37,843 nt of DNA, from assembly GCA_029858565.1 (NCBI GenBank), contig JAOUEV010000034.1, positions 1-37,843 of the forward strand. The letters run 5' to 3'. This DNA comes from Nitrospirota bacterium (lineage in GTDB: Bacteria > Nitrospirota > UBA9217). Below the pieces are notes generated by a model. It was not told where the DNA came from, ran no database searches, and saw only the letters and a program-made list of their open reading frames with translations. Both the position numbers and the translations under genes were made by a program. Of this stretch, positions 20,735-29,912 are shown one piece after another (position 1 is the first letter of the stretch; every line of letters begins with the position of its first letter).

Positions 20735-21136
20735 CTATTTCTTTCCTTTCAGCATCTGACTTGCGATGACGATGCTTTTCTGCGCGGCTTCCTGCACAAG
20801 CTTTGCAAGCTCCGGCAAGGTCTTTTCCTCACGGTGGTTCGCGAACTTGATGAGCATCGAGAGATTCACGCCGCTCACGACCTCGACCGCGTCGCCCAGG
20901 AACGCGAGGGCGATGTTCGAGGGAGTGCCGCCGAACATGTCGGTCAGCAGCATGACCCCCTGTTTCCGGTCCGTCTTCTTGATGGCCTGTTCTATGCGGT
21001 CGCGGAGCATTTCCGGCGCGCTGTCCTGCTTTACGGACACGGTCTCCACCGCCTCGATCTTTCCCACGATCATCTCGGCGGCCTTGACCAGTTCAGCTCC
21101 CATATCCTCGTGACATACGATCACCAGACCTATCAT
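20735..21136 (-). CDS. PTS mannose family EIIA
   Basis: IVCH, TDMFGGTPSN and VSGVNLSML motifs. Confidence 0.95.
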   Translation of the reverse strand: MIGLVIVCHEDMGAELVKAAEMIVGKIEAVETVSVKQDSAPEMLRDRIEQAIKKTDRKQGVMLLTDMFGGTPSNIALAFLGDAVEVVSGVNLSMLIKFANHREEKTLPELAKLVQEAAQKSIVIASQMLKGKK

Positions 21137-21160
21137 ATGCTTCTCCTTTTCGCTGTCCCT

Positions 21161-22027
21161 TCAGGTCCGCATGATATCGCGGTGTTTCAGGTTCACCTCG
21201 TGGCCCGCCGCCCGGAGACGATCGGCCATGGCCAGGGCGACGGACACGGAACGGTGCCGCCCGCCGGTGCATCCGAAGCCGATGGTGAGGTAGCTCTTCC
21301 CTTCGCTCTTGTACCGCGGCAGCAGATAGCCCAGGAAGTCGGTCAGCCGTGACAAAAACTCCTCCGACGCCGGACGGGCAATTACGTAATCGCGCACCCG
21401 CTGGTCCTCGCCCGTGAGGGGTCGGAGCTCGGGAATAAAATGGGGGTTCGGCAGGAACCGCAGATCGAACAGGAGATCGAGTTCATAGGGCGCGCCGAAC
21501 TTGTACCCGAAGGTCACGAACGTGACCACGAGCGGCCTGCCGCCCGTCGCGTCGGCATAGTGCCGCTCCACCGACTGCCGCAGATCATGGACCGTGTAAT
21601 CGGTGGTGTCGACGATCCGGTCCGCCAGCGTGCGGACCTCGGCCAGGGCCGTACGCTCGGCCCGTATGGCGTCGAGCAGGCCGACGGTCCCTTTTGCCAG
21701 CGTATGGGGCCGCCGGGTCTCGCTGTAACGCCGCACCAGCGACTGGTCCGACGCTTCAAGGAACAGCATTTCGATCTCCATACCCGCGGCCTTGAGCGCG
21801 CCATACCGCACCGGGAACTCCTCGGCAAAGCCCCGCTCCCGGATGTCGATGCCGATCGCCGACCGGAACGCCTCCTCTGACGTGCGTGCATAGGTGATGA
21901 ACTCGGGCAGCAACGGCAACGGAAGGTTGTCGACGCAATAGTACCCGATATCCTCAAAGGCCTTGAGCGCGGCGCTCCTGCCTGAGCCCGACATTCCCGT
22001 CACCACGACGATCCGCCTTGTTTTCAT
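21161..22027 (-). CDS. rapZ: RapZ/YvcJ P-loop protein
   Basis: VTGMSGSGRS, CVDNLP, RRYSETRRPH, RFLPNPH and GCTGGRHRSV motifs. Confidence 0.95.
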   Translation of the reverse strand: MKTRRIVVVTGMSGSGRSAALKAFEDIGYYCVDNLPLPLLPEFITYARTSEEAFRSAIGIDIRERGFAEEFPVRYGALKAAGMEIEMLFLEASDQSLVRRYSETRRPHTLAKGTVGLLDAIRAERTALAEVRTLADRIVDTTDYTVHDLRQSVERHYADATGGRPLVVTFVTFGYKFGAPYELDLLFDLRFLPNPHFIPELRPLTGEDQRVRDYVIARPASEEFLSRLTDFLGYLLPRYKSEGKSYLTIGFGCTGGRHRSVSVALAMADRLRAAGHEVNLKHRDIMRT

Positions 22028-22908
22028 CGCGAAAGCCTCTTCTTCAGTTTCCGTCCCAGTTCCCGGGCCGTATAGATCCCCCGCTGCTTGAGCGTCTGGT
22101 TCCGCGCCGCAACCTCGATGAGCGTGGCCATGTTCCTGCCCGGTTTGATCGGCAGCTTGAGGTAGGGCATATTCATTCCCAGCAGCCGGTGACGCCGCTC
22201 ACGCAACCCCAGCAGACTGTAATAGGCCCCCTCTTTCCATTCTTCCAGTTCGACCACGATACCGACAACAGAAGCTTCAATGGTTGCAGAATCGCCGTAG
22301 AGCGCCTTGACATTGATGATGCCCAGACCCCGGATCTCCAGCAGGTCCGCGCCGATATCCGTCGGCCTGCCCAGTATTCCCTCGTCGGTGCGCTCCAGCA
22401 TCACAACGTCATCGGCAACAAGTTTGTGGCCCCGGAGCACAAGGTCGAGCGCGGCCTCGCTCTTGCCGATGGCGCTCTCGCCGATGATCAGGACGCCGAC
22501 GCCGAAGACCTGGACCAGCACGCCGTGTATCCCTGTTCGCGGCGTCAGCCGCTCCCGGAGAACGCGTGCCAGCCGCGGGATGTTCCCGCACTTGACGACC
22601 GGGACCCGCGCTGATTCGGCGCAGGCCAGGAGATCACGGCATACTTTGCCGCCCGACAGGACCACCGCAGCCGGTTTCTTGCGCATGATCGCCCGGCAGA
22701 GCTTTTCGCGGGCCGCAGTTCCCATCCCGCTCAGCAGGGAGTTCTGCGCAGGTGTCAGCTGTACGATGCTCCCGGAGATGTCCCGGTAGCCCGCCCACCG
22801 GTCAAGGTCCGGCCTGATGATCTGGGGCGAGACGACCTCCCGCTCAATTCCTTTGCCGCCCGCCAGGACCGCGGCTTTGCTGATCACGTCTTTGACCGTT
22901 ACCTTCAT
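22024..22908 (-). CDS. hprK: HPr kinase/phosphorylase
   Basis: HGVLV..GVGVLIIGESAIGKSE, GHKLVADD, LEIRGLGIIN and PGRN motifs. Confidence 0.93.
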   Translation of the reverse strand: MKVTVKDVISKAAVLAGGKGIEREVVSPQIIRPDLDRWAGYRDISGSIVQLTPAQNSLLSGMGTAAREKLCRAIMRKKPAAVVLSGGKVCRDLLACAESARVPVVKCGNIPRLARVLRERLTPRTGIHGVLVQVFGVGVLIIGESAIGKSEAALDLVLRGHKLVADDVVMLERTDEGILGRPTDIGADLLEIRGLGIINVKALYGDSATIEASVVGIVVELEEWKEGAYYSLLGLRERRHRLLGMNMPYLKLPIKPGRNMATLIEVAARNQTLKQRGIYTARELGRKLKKRLSR

Positions 22909-23381
22909 CTGCTGTTCGGATACTTGCTGTCCTCGTCCAGGATGAGCTGCCGCATGTCCGTGCCGGCCGAGCTCTTTCGCAGCTCATCGCGGAGCGCCGG
23001 GTTCCGCATGACCCGCGAGATCCGGGCCAGGGTCTTCAGGTGTTCCGCGGGCCGGTCCTCGGGCGACACCAGCACGAAGAACAGGTACGCCGGTTTCCCG
23101 TCAAGCGAGTGGAAATCCACGCCGGTCGAGGACCTGCCGAAGGCAACTACCATCTCGCTGATGCTGCTCGATTTGGCGTGGGGGATCGCGATCCCCTCGC
23201 CGATGCCGGTGCTTCCCTGGGCCTCGCGTTCCCCGATCACGCGCACCAGCTCGTCGCGGTCGCGCACCTTGCCCTTCGCGGCAAGCAGCTCGGCGAATTC
23301 GGCGATCACGCCGGCCTTATCCCCCGCCTTCAGTTCCGCGATGATCAGTTCGTCGTCAAGGAGGTCCCGTATCCGCGCCAT
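22905..23381 (-). CDS. ptsN: PTS EIIA(Ntr)-like protein
   Basis: RE.QGSTGIGEGIAIPHA and HLKTLARISR motifs, in the rpoN operon. Confidence 0.9.
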   Translation of the reverse strand: MARIRDLLDDELIIAELKAGDKAGVIAEFAELLAAKGKVRDRDELVRVIGEREAQGSTGIGEGIAIPHAKSSSISEMVVAFGRSSTGVDFHSLDGKPAYLFFVLVSPEDRPAEHLKTLARISRVMRNPALRDELRKSSAGTDMRQLILDEDSKYPNSR

Positions 23382-23389
23382 CGCAATTC

Positions 23390-23926
23390 CTACTTAGACG
23401 GCTCAATAAGGCCCACGTTGCCGTCCTTCCGGCGATAGATGACGTTAATGTGACCGCTGCCGGAGTTGGTGAACAGGAAGAACGGCTTGTCCAGGAGTTC
23501 CATCTGCATCACCGCCTCCTCGGGCGTCATGGGCTTCAGATCGAACCGTTTGTTCTTGATGATCTGCGGGATCCGGTCCTCGGGATGCGGTGCAGCCTCG
23601 GCTGCGTTCGCAAGCTCCGACACGCCGGTCTGGTGCTTGTGGCTCGTGATCTTTTCCTTGTACTTCCGGACCCTGCGTTCGATCTTCTCGAACAGCAGAT
23701 CGATGGAAGAATACATCTCCTCGGTCTCCTCGGAGGCCTGGATCAGGACCCCGTCCACCTTGATCATTGCGTCCGCGATGTGATGCATCTTCTTGACGAC
23801 CGACAGCGTGATCGTGGCATTGCTGTTCCTGGGAAGATATTTTTCCAGCCGCTGGAACCGCTCCGTTGCGTACTTCTTAAGAGCGTCCGTCGCCTCAAGA
23901 TGCCTTCCAATGATCGTGATCTGCAT
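23390..23926 (-). CDS. hpf: Ribosome hibernation promoting factor (long HPF)
   Basis: MQITIIGRHLEATDALK, MYSSID, and C-terminal KPMTPEEAVMQM...YRRKDG. Start at ATG 23926 with an AAGGAGG RBS. Confidence 0.95.
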   Translation of the reverse strand: MQITIIGRHLEATDALKKYATERFQRLEKYLPRNSNATITLSVVKKMHHIADAMIKVDGVLIQASEETEEMYSSIDLLFEKIERRVRKYKEKITSHKHQTGVSELANAAEAAPHPEDRIPQIIKNKRFDLKPMTPEEAVMQMELLDKPFFLFTNSGSGHINVIYRRKDGNVGLIEPSK

Positions 23927-23946
23927 GATGACCTCCTTCAGTAATA

Positions 23947-25425
23947 TCAGCCCATCCGTTTCCTGACGCTCGTGGGCGGAATGCGAAGCTCCTCGCGGTA
24001 TTTGGCGACCGTGCGACGGGCAATATCGATCCCCTGGGCCTTCAGGGCGTCGACGATCTGCTGGTCCTTGAGCGGCGCCGCGGAATCCTCCTCCCGGACC
24101 ATCTTCTGGATCACGTCCTTCACCGTGAGCGACGAGATCTCCGTGCCCGTTCCGGCTGTCGTGAACCCGGTCGTGAAAAAGAACTTCAGGGGGAAGATCC
24201 CCTGGGGCGTATGCATATACTTGCTGGTCGTGACGCGGCTGATCGTCGACTCGTGCATGGAAATATCCTCGGCCACATCGCGCAGGACCAGCGGCCGGAG
24301 GCGTGCGATCCCGTGCTCGAGGAAGTCGGTCTGGAACTTCACGATGCTTTCCGCCACCTTGTAAATGGTCTTGTTCCGCTGCTCCATCCCCTTGATGAGC
24401 CACTGGGCAGAGCGGAGACGTTCCTCGATATACTCCCGCGTCGTTTTGTCCACTTCGTCCTTGCGGGCCAGGATCTTGCGGTAGTAGGGATTGATCCGCA
24501 CCCGCGGGAAACCTTCATCGTTCAGCTGGATGACATAACGGTCCTCGATCTTGACCACATAGACATCGGGGACCACGTACTGGGTGTCCGAGACGGCGTA
24601 GGGCCTGCCGGGCTTCGGCTCGAGCTCATGAATGATGATCTTGGAAGCTTCCATGACGTCCTGCTGGGTGACGTTCAGGACCTTGGCAATGTGCTGGTAC
24701 TTGCGCTTTTCCAGGTCCGGCAGATGGTCCCGGACGATCTTCTCGACCAGGGTGCCGGCAAGTTCCCGGCCGCGGATCTGGATCAGCAGGCATTCCGTGA
24801 GGTCCCGCGCGCCGACACCCAGGGGCTCGAAGTTGTGGATCAACCCCAGCGCCTTTTCCAGGACCGGCACGGCCACACCGATGTCGGCGGCCATTTCTTC
24901 AAGCGGGGTGCGGAGGTAACCGTCGTCATCGATATTGCCGATGATGGTCTCACCGGCCTTCAGGAGCTTGTCGTCGGAAGTCGACAGGTGAAGCTGCCAG
25001 GACAGGTGGTCGCCCAGGGACGGCATCCTGGTAAGCATCTGGTCATAGGAGGGCCGGTCGTTCTCATCGGGCTCGATGGTGCCGTAGTCCCGCCCGTCAT
25101 TCATCTCGTCAATGTATTCGTCCCAGCGCGAACCGACCTGATCGAACTCGGTCTTCAGCTCCGTTTCTCCCTCGACCTCGGCCTCGCGCACCGGCGCAAT
25201 CTCGTCCGGACTGCGCTCGGGAAGTTCGCCAGCCTCCGCCTCGGCCTCGGTGGGCTCGTCGGTCTGGTCAAGAGCGACCTCCTCCAGCACCGGGTTCTCC
25301 ACGAGTTCCTGGGCAAGCGACTGGGCAAGCTCGAGCCGGGACAGCTGCAGCAGCTTGATCGCCTGCTGCAGCTGGGGCGTCATGATAAGCTTTTGCGCAA
25401 GTTTTAGTTCTAATCGTGCTTCCAT
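23947..25425 (-). CDS. rpoN: RNA polymerase sigma-54 factor
   Basis: MTPQLQQAIKLLQL, HESTISR, and the RpoN box ARRTVAKYRE. Confidence 0.98.
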   Translation of the reverse strand: MEARLELKLAQKLIMTPQLQQAIKLLQLSRLELAQSLAQELVENPVLEEVALDQTDEPTEAEAEAGELPERSPDEIAPVREAEVEGETELKTEFDQVGSRWDEYIDEMNDGRDYGTIEPDENDRPSYDQMLTRMPSLGDHLSWQLHLSTSDDKLLKAGETIIGNIDDDGYLRTPLEEMAADIGVAVPVLEKALGLIHNFEPLGVGARDLTECLLIQIRGRELAGTLVEKIVRDHLPDLEKRKYQHIAKVLNVTQQDVMEASKIIIHELEPKPGRPYAVSDTQYVVPDVYVVKIEDRYVIQLNDEGFPRVRINPYYRKILARKDEVDKTTREYIEERLRSAQWLIKGMEQRNKTIYKVAESIVKFQTDFLEHGIARLRPLVLRDVAEDISMHESTISRVTTSKYMHTPQGIFPLKFFFTTGFTTAGTGTEISSLTVKDVIQKMVREEDSAAPLKDQQIVDALKAQGIDIARRTVAKYREELRIPPTSVRKRMG

Positions 25426-26147
25426 TATAGTTTGAACGATTCGCCGAGATAGAGCTCCCGCACCCGGGGGCTTGCGGTGATCTCAGCCGGCGAACCGGCC
25501 TCGATGATCTTGCCGTCATTGATGATATAGGCCCTGTCGGTGATCGCCAGCGTCTCCCGAACATTGTGGTCCGTGATCAGGATGCCGATCCCCTTGTTCT
25601 TGAGGAGCGAGATGATCCCCTGGATGTCCTGCACCGCCAGCGGATCGATGCCGGCGAACGGTTCGTCCAGAAGAATGAACTTGGGCGACAGGGTCAGGGC
25701 GCGGGCGATCTCGACCCTGCGGCGTTCGCCCCCGGAGAGCGTGTAGGCTTTGCTGTCCGCAAGATGACCGACCCCCAGCTCCGCCATCAAGCTGTCGCGC
25801 CGGTCCCGCTGCTCCAGTTCGGAAAGGTCCATGGTCTCGAGCACCGCGGTCAGGTTCTCGGCGACCGTGAGCTTCCGGAAGACCGACGGTTCCTGGGCAA
25901 GGTAGCCGATGCCGTGGCGTGCCCTCTGGTACATGGGCATGTGCGTGATGTCGACACCGTCAAGCACGACCCGGCCCGCATCGGGCTTCACGAGTCCCAC
26001 GACCATATAGAACGAAGTGGTCTTCCCTGCGCCATTGGGGCCCAGAAGCCCGACCACCTCGCCGTGCTTCACCTGAAAACTGACCCCCTTCACGACCTTG
26101 CGGCCGCGATAGGTCTTTTCCAGTTTTTTCGCTTCAAGCGCTTCCAT
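25425..26147 (-). CDS. lptB: LPS export ABC ATPase
   Basis: [48 protein letters not shown] and [10 protein letters not shown] motifs. Confidence 0.97.
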   Translation of the reverse strand: MEALEAKKLEKTYRGRKVVKGVSFQVKHGEVVGLLGPNGAGKTTSFYMVVGLVKPDAGRVVLDGVDITHMPMYQRARHGIGYLAQEPSVFRKLTVAENLTAVLETMDLSELEQRDRRDSLMAELGVGHLADSKAYTLSGGERRRVEIARALTLSPKFILLDEPFAGIDPLAVQDIQGIISLLKNKGIGILITDHNVRETLAITDRAYIINDGKIIEAGSPAEITASPRVRELYLGESFKL

Positions 26148-26182
26148 AATATTCTCAAATAGTTTCCGGGAACCGACGACGA

Positions 26183-26719
26183 TCAGTCCTTTTTGCCCTG
26201 CTTGCGCCTTGGCGTCGCAGGCTGCGTCTCGGTGCCATCACCGGCCTTCTGTTCCTGGTAGATCAGGACCTTTCCACCCTCAACGATGCTCCGATCGTCA
26301 CGGATATACAAGGTGATCCGCTCGCCGCCCAACTGGTTGTCGTTCTCGATGATACGTGCGTCCCCGGTCAGGACGATCTTTTCTTCATTGCTGTAATAGA
26401 CCGCCTTGTTCGCAAGGGCAACACGGCCTTCCTTGGTCACCACAACGCTCCCAAGCGCTTCAATGTCCCGGATCCCCTTGGCAGGCGTGTCGTAGTGCAC
26501 CGTCAGGTAATCACAGTTCAGTGTCATCGCTTCCTTCTTGAGGACCACCTGGCCGATGAACACTACCGTGTCGTCCAGTTTATCAGCTTCCATGCGCTCC
26601 GCGGTGATCACGATCGGTTCGCGGGGCCCCGCTTTCTGGTCTGCTGCAAATGCCGGAACGGCGGTCAGCAACAGCGCAAGCAGGACCTCGGGGCTATTCC
26701 TGAAGAACAGCCTTGACAT
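26183..26719 (-). CDS. lptA: LPS transport periplasmic protein
   Basis: Signal peptide, then [10 protein letters not shown] and OstA-like beta-jellyroll pattern (LTGDA, GERI). Lies between lptC and lptB. Start at ATG 26719. Confidence 0.88.
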   Translation of the reverse strand: MSRLFFRNSPEVLLALLLTAVPAFAADQKAGPREPIVITAERMEADKLDDTVVFIGQVVLKKEAMTLNCDYLTVHYDTPAKGIRDIEALGSVVVTKEGRVALANKAVYYSNEEKIVLTGDARIIENDNQLGGERITLYIRDDRSIVEGGKVLIYQEQKAGDGTETQPATPRRKQGKKD

Positions 26720-27263
26720 TGCTGTCCACCGCCACTTTCTGCATGTCAACATCAGCATCGAGGCCCGTTCCTTCGAAGTAGATCTCCTTGCCCAACACCT
26801 TGAACGGGTCCCTGGTCCTGACCGCCCGTTCGCCGGCCTTCCAGGACAGCGAGTCCGTGGTCATCAGGAATCCCTCGCTTGTCACGATCCGCACGTCATG
26901 GCTGCCCCGCCGGATCGACGCGTTCCCGCTGGCCGTGTCCATGGTGCCCAGATCCCCGATCAGCGCCGCGTTCTTCCCGTCTGCGGCGGTAAAAACGATC
27001 TCGATATCCTTGAGCCTGGCTTCCTTGTTCTCATACAGGTCGGCTTCCCTGGCGCTCATGCGCCAGGATACCCGTCCAGCCTCTGTCTGGGCAAAACGGT
27101 ACCCTTCCATCCTTATGAGAAGGCGTTTACTGGAAGCGGGACGGAACAGCGCAGGAATGGCGCTGTCGGCCTCGTGCAGCAGCGCGGCGCTGCCGTAGAG
27201 AAGGGCGGCGACGGTCCCGAGGACCAGGCAAAGGGTAAGGATCCGCCAGATGACAAGTTTCAT
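26694..27263 (-). CDS. lptC: LPS export protein LptC
   Basis: N-terminal TM, then W.MSA..A, TDSLSW and GTGL pattern. Synteny with lptAB. Confidence 0.8.
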   Translation of the reverse strand: MKLVIWRILTLCLVLGTVAALLYGSAALLHEADSAIPALFRPASSKRLLIRMEGYRFAQTEAGRVSWRMSAREADLYENKEARLKDIEIVFTAADGKNAALIGDLGTMDTASGNASIRRGSHDVRIVTSEGFLMTTDSLSWKAGERAVRTRDPFKVLGKEIYFEGTGLDADVDMQKVAVDSNVKAVLQE

Positions 27264-27311
27264 GGCATAAAAGTTGATAAGGCGACCACTGACGGCCGCC
27301 TTTATGCATAT

Positions 27312-27340
27312 TTTATACCATAGGGGTCATGGGATGTAAA
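27312..27340 (-). promoter_or_regulatory. sigma70 promoter for the lptC...rpoN...PTS operon
   Basis: Minus strand TTTACA-17 nt-TATAAA with a TG extension. Confidence 0.55.
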
Positions 27341-27696
27341 GGGAAAACCCGGAAACCATGATCTCAGGACCTGGCAAAAGAAACCGTTAGTAAGAGAACC
27401 AAAGCTCTTGCTTTTTTCATCCCTCATGGTACGTTTCGAGCATTCTGCCGCATGCCAGATTGCTACTTTTTGCAACTCAGGTTCATCATTGCTTCTTCTT
27501 TATATATATAATAGTGACGTTCATGCTCTGGATGACTACGTTCGGAAGAGCAGGAATTCCAGTCTGCCATCGGCTCCTGTCACTGCAACAACGGTTATAA
27601 GCGATAAGTATTCCCACGTTTACCGCGTCCTGTTTGCAACTCTCGTCCGTGAGCCTTTCTTTGCCTCTTGCCCCCTTCCCCATCTACGAACTTCTT

Positions 27697-27765
27697 CCTA
27701 GGAACTATTACTCTCCGGCCTAGGAACTAATCCCACTTACCCTTTTCCCCTTCCGGGAGTATGCT
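27697..27765 (+). promoter_or_regulatory. Tandem regulator-binding repeats plus -10 box
   Basis: CCTAGGAACTA at 27697-27707 and 27719-27729 (22-bp period). TATGCT at 27760-27765 with no good -35. Confidence 0.5.
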
Positions 27766-27803
27766 CTAATCAACAAGAAGAGAAAACCACCCACAAGGAG
27801 GGA

Positions 27804-28178
27804 ATGAACATGTTGACCAACGGCGGAACCACAGTAAAGGCAGGAACCTACTGGAATCTGGCGAACGGGAACAGGGTGCAGATGGAGCAGGAAGGCAGCC
27901 TTCCCGGCGACAGCAAGACCCGGTACATCAAGGCATCGGCGGCAGTGATGCTCATGGCAGCCCCGGCGATCGGCCTGGTCTTCGCAATGTTCCTCCCCTT
28001 CATCGGGATCGCGATGTCCTTAAGCCTGGTCGCCAGGAAACTGGCGCAGGGCGTGGCATCGGCGGCTGCAGGCAGCATGTCCTTCGGGTGGCGGCCCATC
28101 GAGGCCTATCTTGCGGGCAGGAAGAACAGGAAGGCTTCGAGAGCGAAGAAGGAGACCAAGGACAGCGGGAAGCAGTAA
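27804..28178 (+). CDS. Hypothetical membrane protein (124 aa)
   Basis: AAGGAGG RBS, GC3-rich codons, central hydrophobic hairpin (APAIGLVFAMFLPFIGIAM), basic C-terminus, and its own terminator. Confidence 0.8.
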   Translation: MNMLTNGGTTVKAGTYWNLANGNRVQMEQEGSLPGDSKTRYIKASAAVMLMAAPAIGLVFAMFLPFIGIAMSLSLVARKLAQGVASAAAGSMSFGWRPIEAYLAGRKNRKASRAKKETKDSGKQ

Positions 28179-28201
28179 CCGCACTTTGGCGGGACATGAT
28201 G

Positions 28202-28237
28202 AAGCGGGACAGGTCAACGACCTGTCCCGCTTTTTTT
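28202..28237 (+). terminator. Rho-independent terminator
   Basis: AAGCGGGACAGGTC-AAC-GACCTGTCCCGC followed by TTTTTTT. Confidence 0.92.
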
Positions 28238-28384
28238 CATGACTGGGGGGAGATCCGACCGGCCGTCTATTCATATGCAGGCACAGCCTCTGCTCCCATT
28301 ATTCCGGACGTGGTCTGGAATCCATGGAATATCTTTGAGCGGGAACGGCATCCACGTCTTGGCGGGTATGACGATCTTTCTGTT

Positions 28385-28588
28385 TCACATCATCCGGCAC
28401 GGTATCCCTGCCTTTTCAAAAGCTGCGCGAAGTTCCGCTCCTTTCTCCTCATAGAATCCTTCTGTCATCGCCTCCCGCATCCCATGCTTCTTGTACGCCC
28501 AGTCAGCGTAATGATAGTTGTATCTGTCCATCAGGACACTATCCACACATCCCTTAAGCATTTCCGGGAGTCTCTCAGCATGGGGTAT
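28385..28588 (-). pseudogene. C-terminal fragment of a probable SplB/Rv2578c-like radical SAM protein
   Basis: Manual translation: IPHAERLPEMLKGCVDSVLMDRYNYHYADWAYKKHGMREAMTEGFYEEKGAELRAAFEKAGIPCRMM*. It resembles from memory the C-terminus (VD..L.DR.NYHYADW.Y.K.G) of SPL-like radical SAM proteins. No CxxxCxxC present. Confidence 0.45.
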
Positions 28589-28603
28589 TTGCTCCCCCTT
28601 GTT

Positions 28604-29875
28604 CTATTTCTTTGACTTCAGGTCCGCGATCTCACGTTCTTTGTCCGCCAGCTTCTGCTCCAGCCGCGCGTAGGCCGACATGTCGCGGATCACGGCCTGG
28701 ATGAACTTCTTGCCGATGAGCGTAAGCCCCACACAGCTCACTTCGACCGGCACCGGAGCTCCTTCCACGCGCAGCAGCTCGGCGTTCTTGAGCGACTGAC
28801 CTCCCTGGACGGTCTCGGCGAGCATGGTCTTGCCAAGCTCCCGGTCCACGACAATGTCCAGCAGGCTCTTGTGCAGGAGATCGAACTTCGCGTTCCCGGT
28901 GAGGCGCGCAGAATGTTCGTTCGCGAACACGATGTCCCCTGCCTCGGAAAGCACCAGGATCGCCTCGTTCGCGTTCTCCACCAGGGTCCGGTAGCGCTCC
29001 TCCGAGGCCCTCAGCTCCTCGGTCTTCTCGGTCACCCACTGTTCCAGCTCCATATTCATCTTCCGGAGCTCGGTCTGGAGCAGTTCGTTCTGCATGGTGT
29101 TCGAAAGGATGCCGGCGAGAGAGGTGAAAAAGTTGACCTCTTCGTCGCTGAAGTTCTTTGCGCGGGAATAGAGCAGTTCGATGACGCCCATGAGCGCGCC
29201 GCTGGAATAGACATAGAGCGGCAGGCAGTAGACCGATGAATAGCTCGACAGGGCCAGGCCCGGCGCGTCCCTGAACCGGCTGTCCTTGGTGAAGTCCTTG
29301 AGGATCGCCGGCTCGACCTTGCGCGCCACCCAGCCCTCGATGCCCTGGCCTACGGGAATGCGCACCATGCCGATCGCCTCCTGGCGGTAGCCGTTGGTCG
29401 CGGTCAGGACCAGCTCCTCCTTCTTCTTCTCGTAGCGATAGATGAGGCACACATCGGCTTCCATGACCCGCGCCGTGATATCGGCAACATCCTTCATGCG
29501 GTCCGGGAAAAGACGGGGCGAGTTGGCAGCGTAGTTCACGTCATAGATGCCCAGGAACTTTATGAACAGGTCATCCTTCATATCATGGAGCTCTTCCTGC
29601 TTGATATGGAGCGACAGGTTCGCGTCCTCGAGCCGGCGGTAGTAGGGAGCGATCACGGTCCGGTAGAGCACATAGGCGAGAACAGGCACCACGAGGATGG
29701 AGAAAAAGGCCAGTACCATGGCTGCACGGTCCTCATGGGACAGCGAGTACCCTGCATAGGTCCCCACGGAAATGGCAGAGATCAGGATCAGAGCGACCAG
29801 GATCGTGATGAATCTTTTTCCCTGCAGGGTCTCTTCTGATGCTGTTTCCGCGAAATCTTGCTGCCTGTTAGGCAT
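28604..29875 (-). CDS. Membrane-anchored GAF-PAS sensor protein lacking an output domain
   Basis: Two TM helices, a GAF domain (GQGIEGWVA...DSRF...F.DEEV), LRASEERYRTLVENA PAS domain ending VIRDMS, then a short coiled coil and stop. Confidence 0.85.
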   Translation of the reverse strand: MPNRQQDFAETASEETLQGKRFITILVALILISAISVGTYAGYSLSHEDRAAMVLAFFSILVVPVLAYVLYRTVIAPYYRRLEDANLSLHIKQEELHDMKDDLFIKFLGIYDVNYAANSPRLFPDRMKDVADITARVMEADVCLIYRYEKKKEELVLTATNGYRQEAIGMVRIPVGQGIEGWVARKVEPAILKDFTKDSRFRDAPGLALSSYSSVYCLPLYVYSSGALMGVIELLYSRAKNFSDEEVNFFTSLAGILSNTMQNELLQTELRKMNMELEQWVTEKTEELRASEERYRTLVENANEAILVLSEAGDIVFANEHSARLTGNAKFDLLHKSLLDIVVDRELGKTMLAETVQGGQSLKNAELLRVEGAPVPVEVSCVGLTLIGKKFIQAVIRDMSAYARLEQKLADKEREIADLKSKK

Positions 29876-29912
29876 TGTTTCCCCTCCGTGCTCCAGAATG
29901 GTACGTATTATA

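Noticed and set aside
23927-24403. N-terminal extension making HPF 337 aa
   Set aside because: It overlaps rpoN in another frame, and a strong AAGGAGG precedes ATG 23926. Similar extensions of galU, mlaE, alr, ptsH, EIIC, EIID, cbiQ and yvlD were trimmed for the same kind of reason.
27263-27278. sigma54-like TGGCATAAAAGTTGAT on the plus strand
   Set aside because: The -12 element is GA rather than the near-invariant GC, it overlaps the lptC start codon, and no gene lies close downstream.
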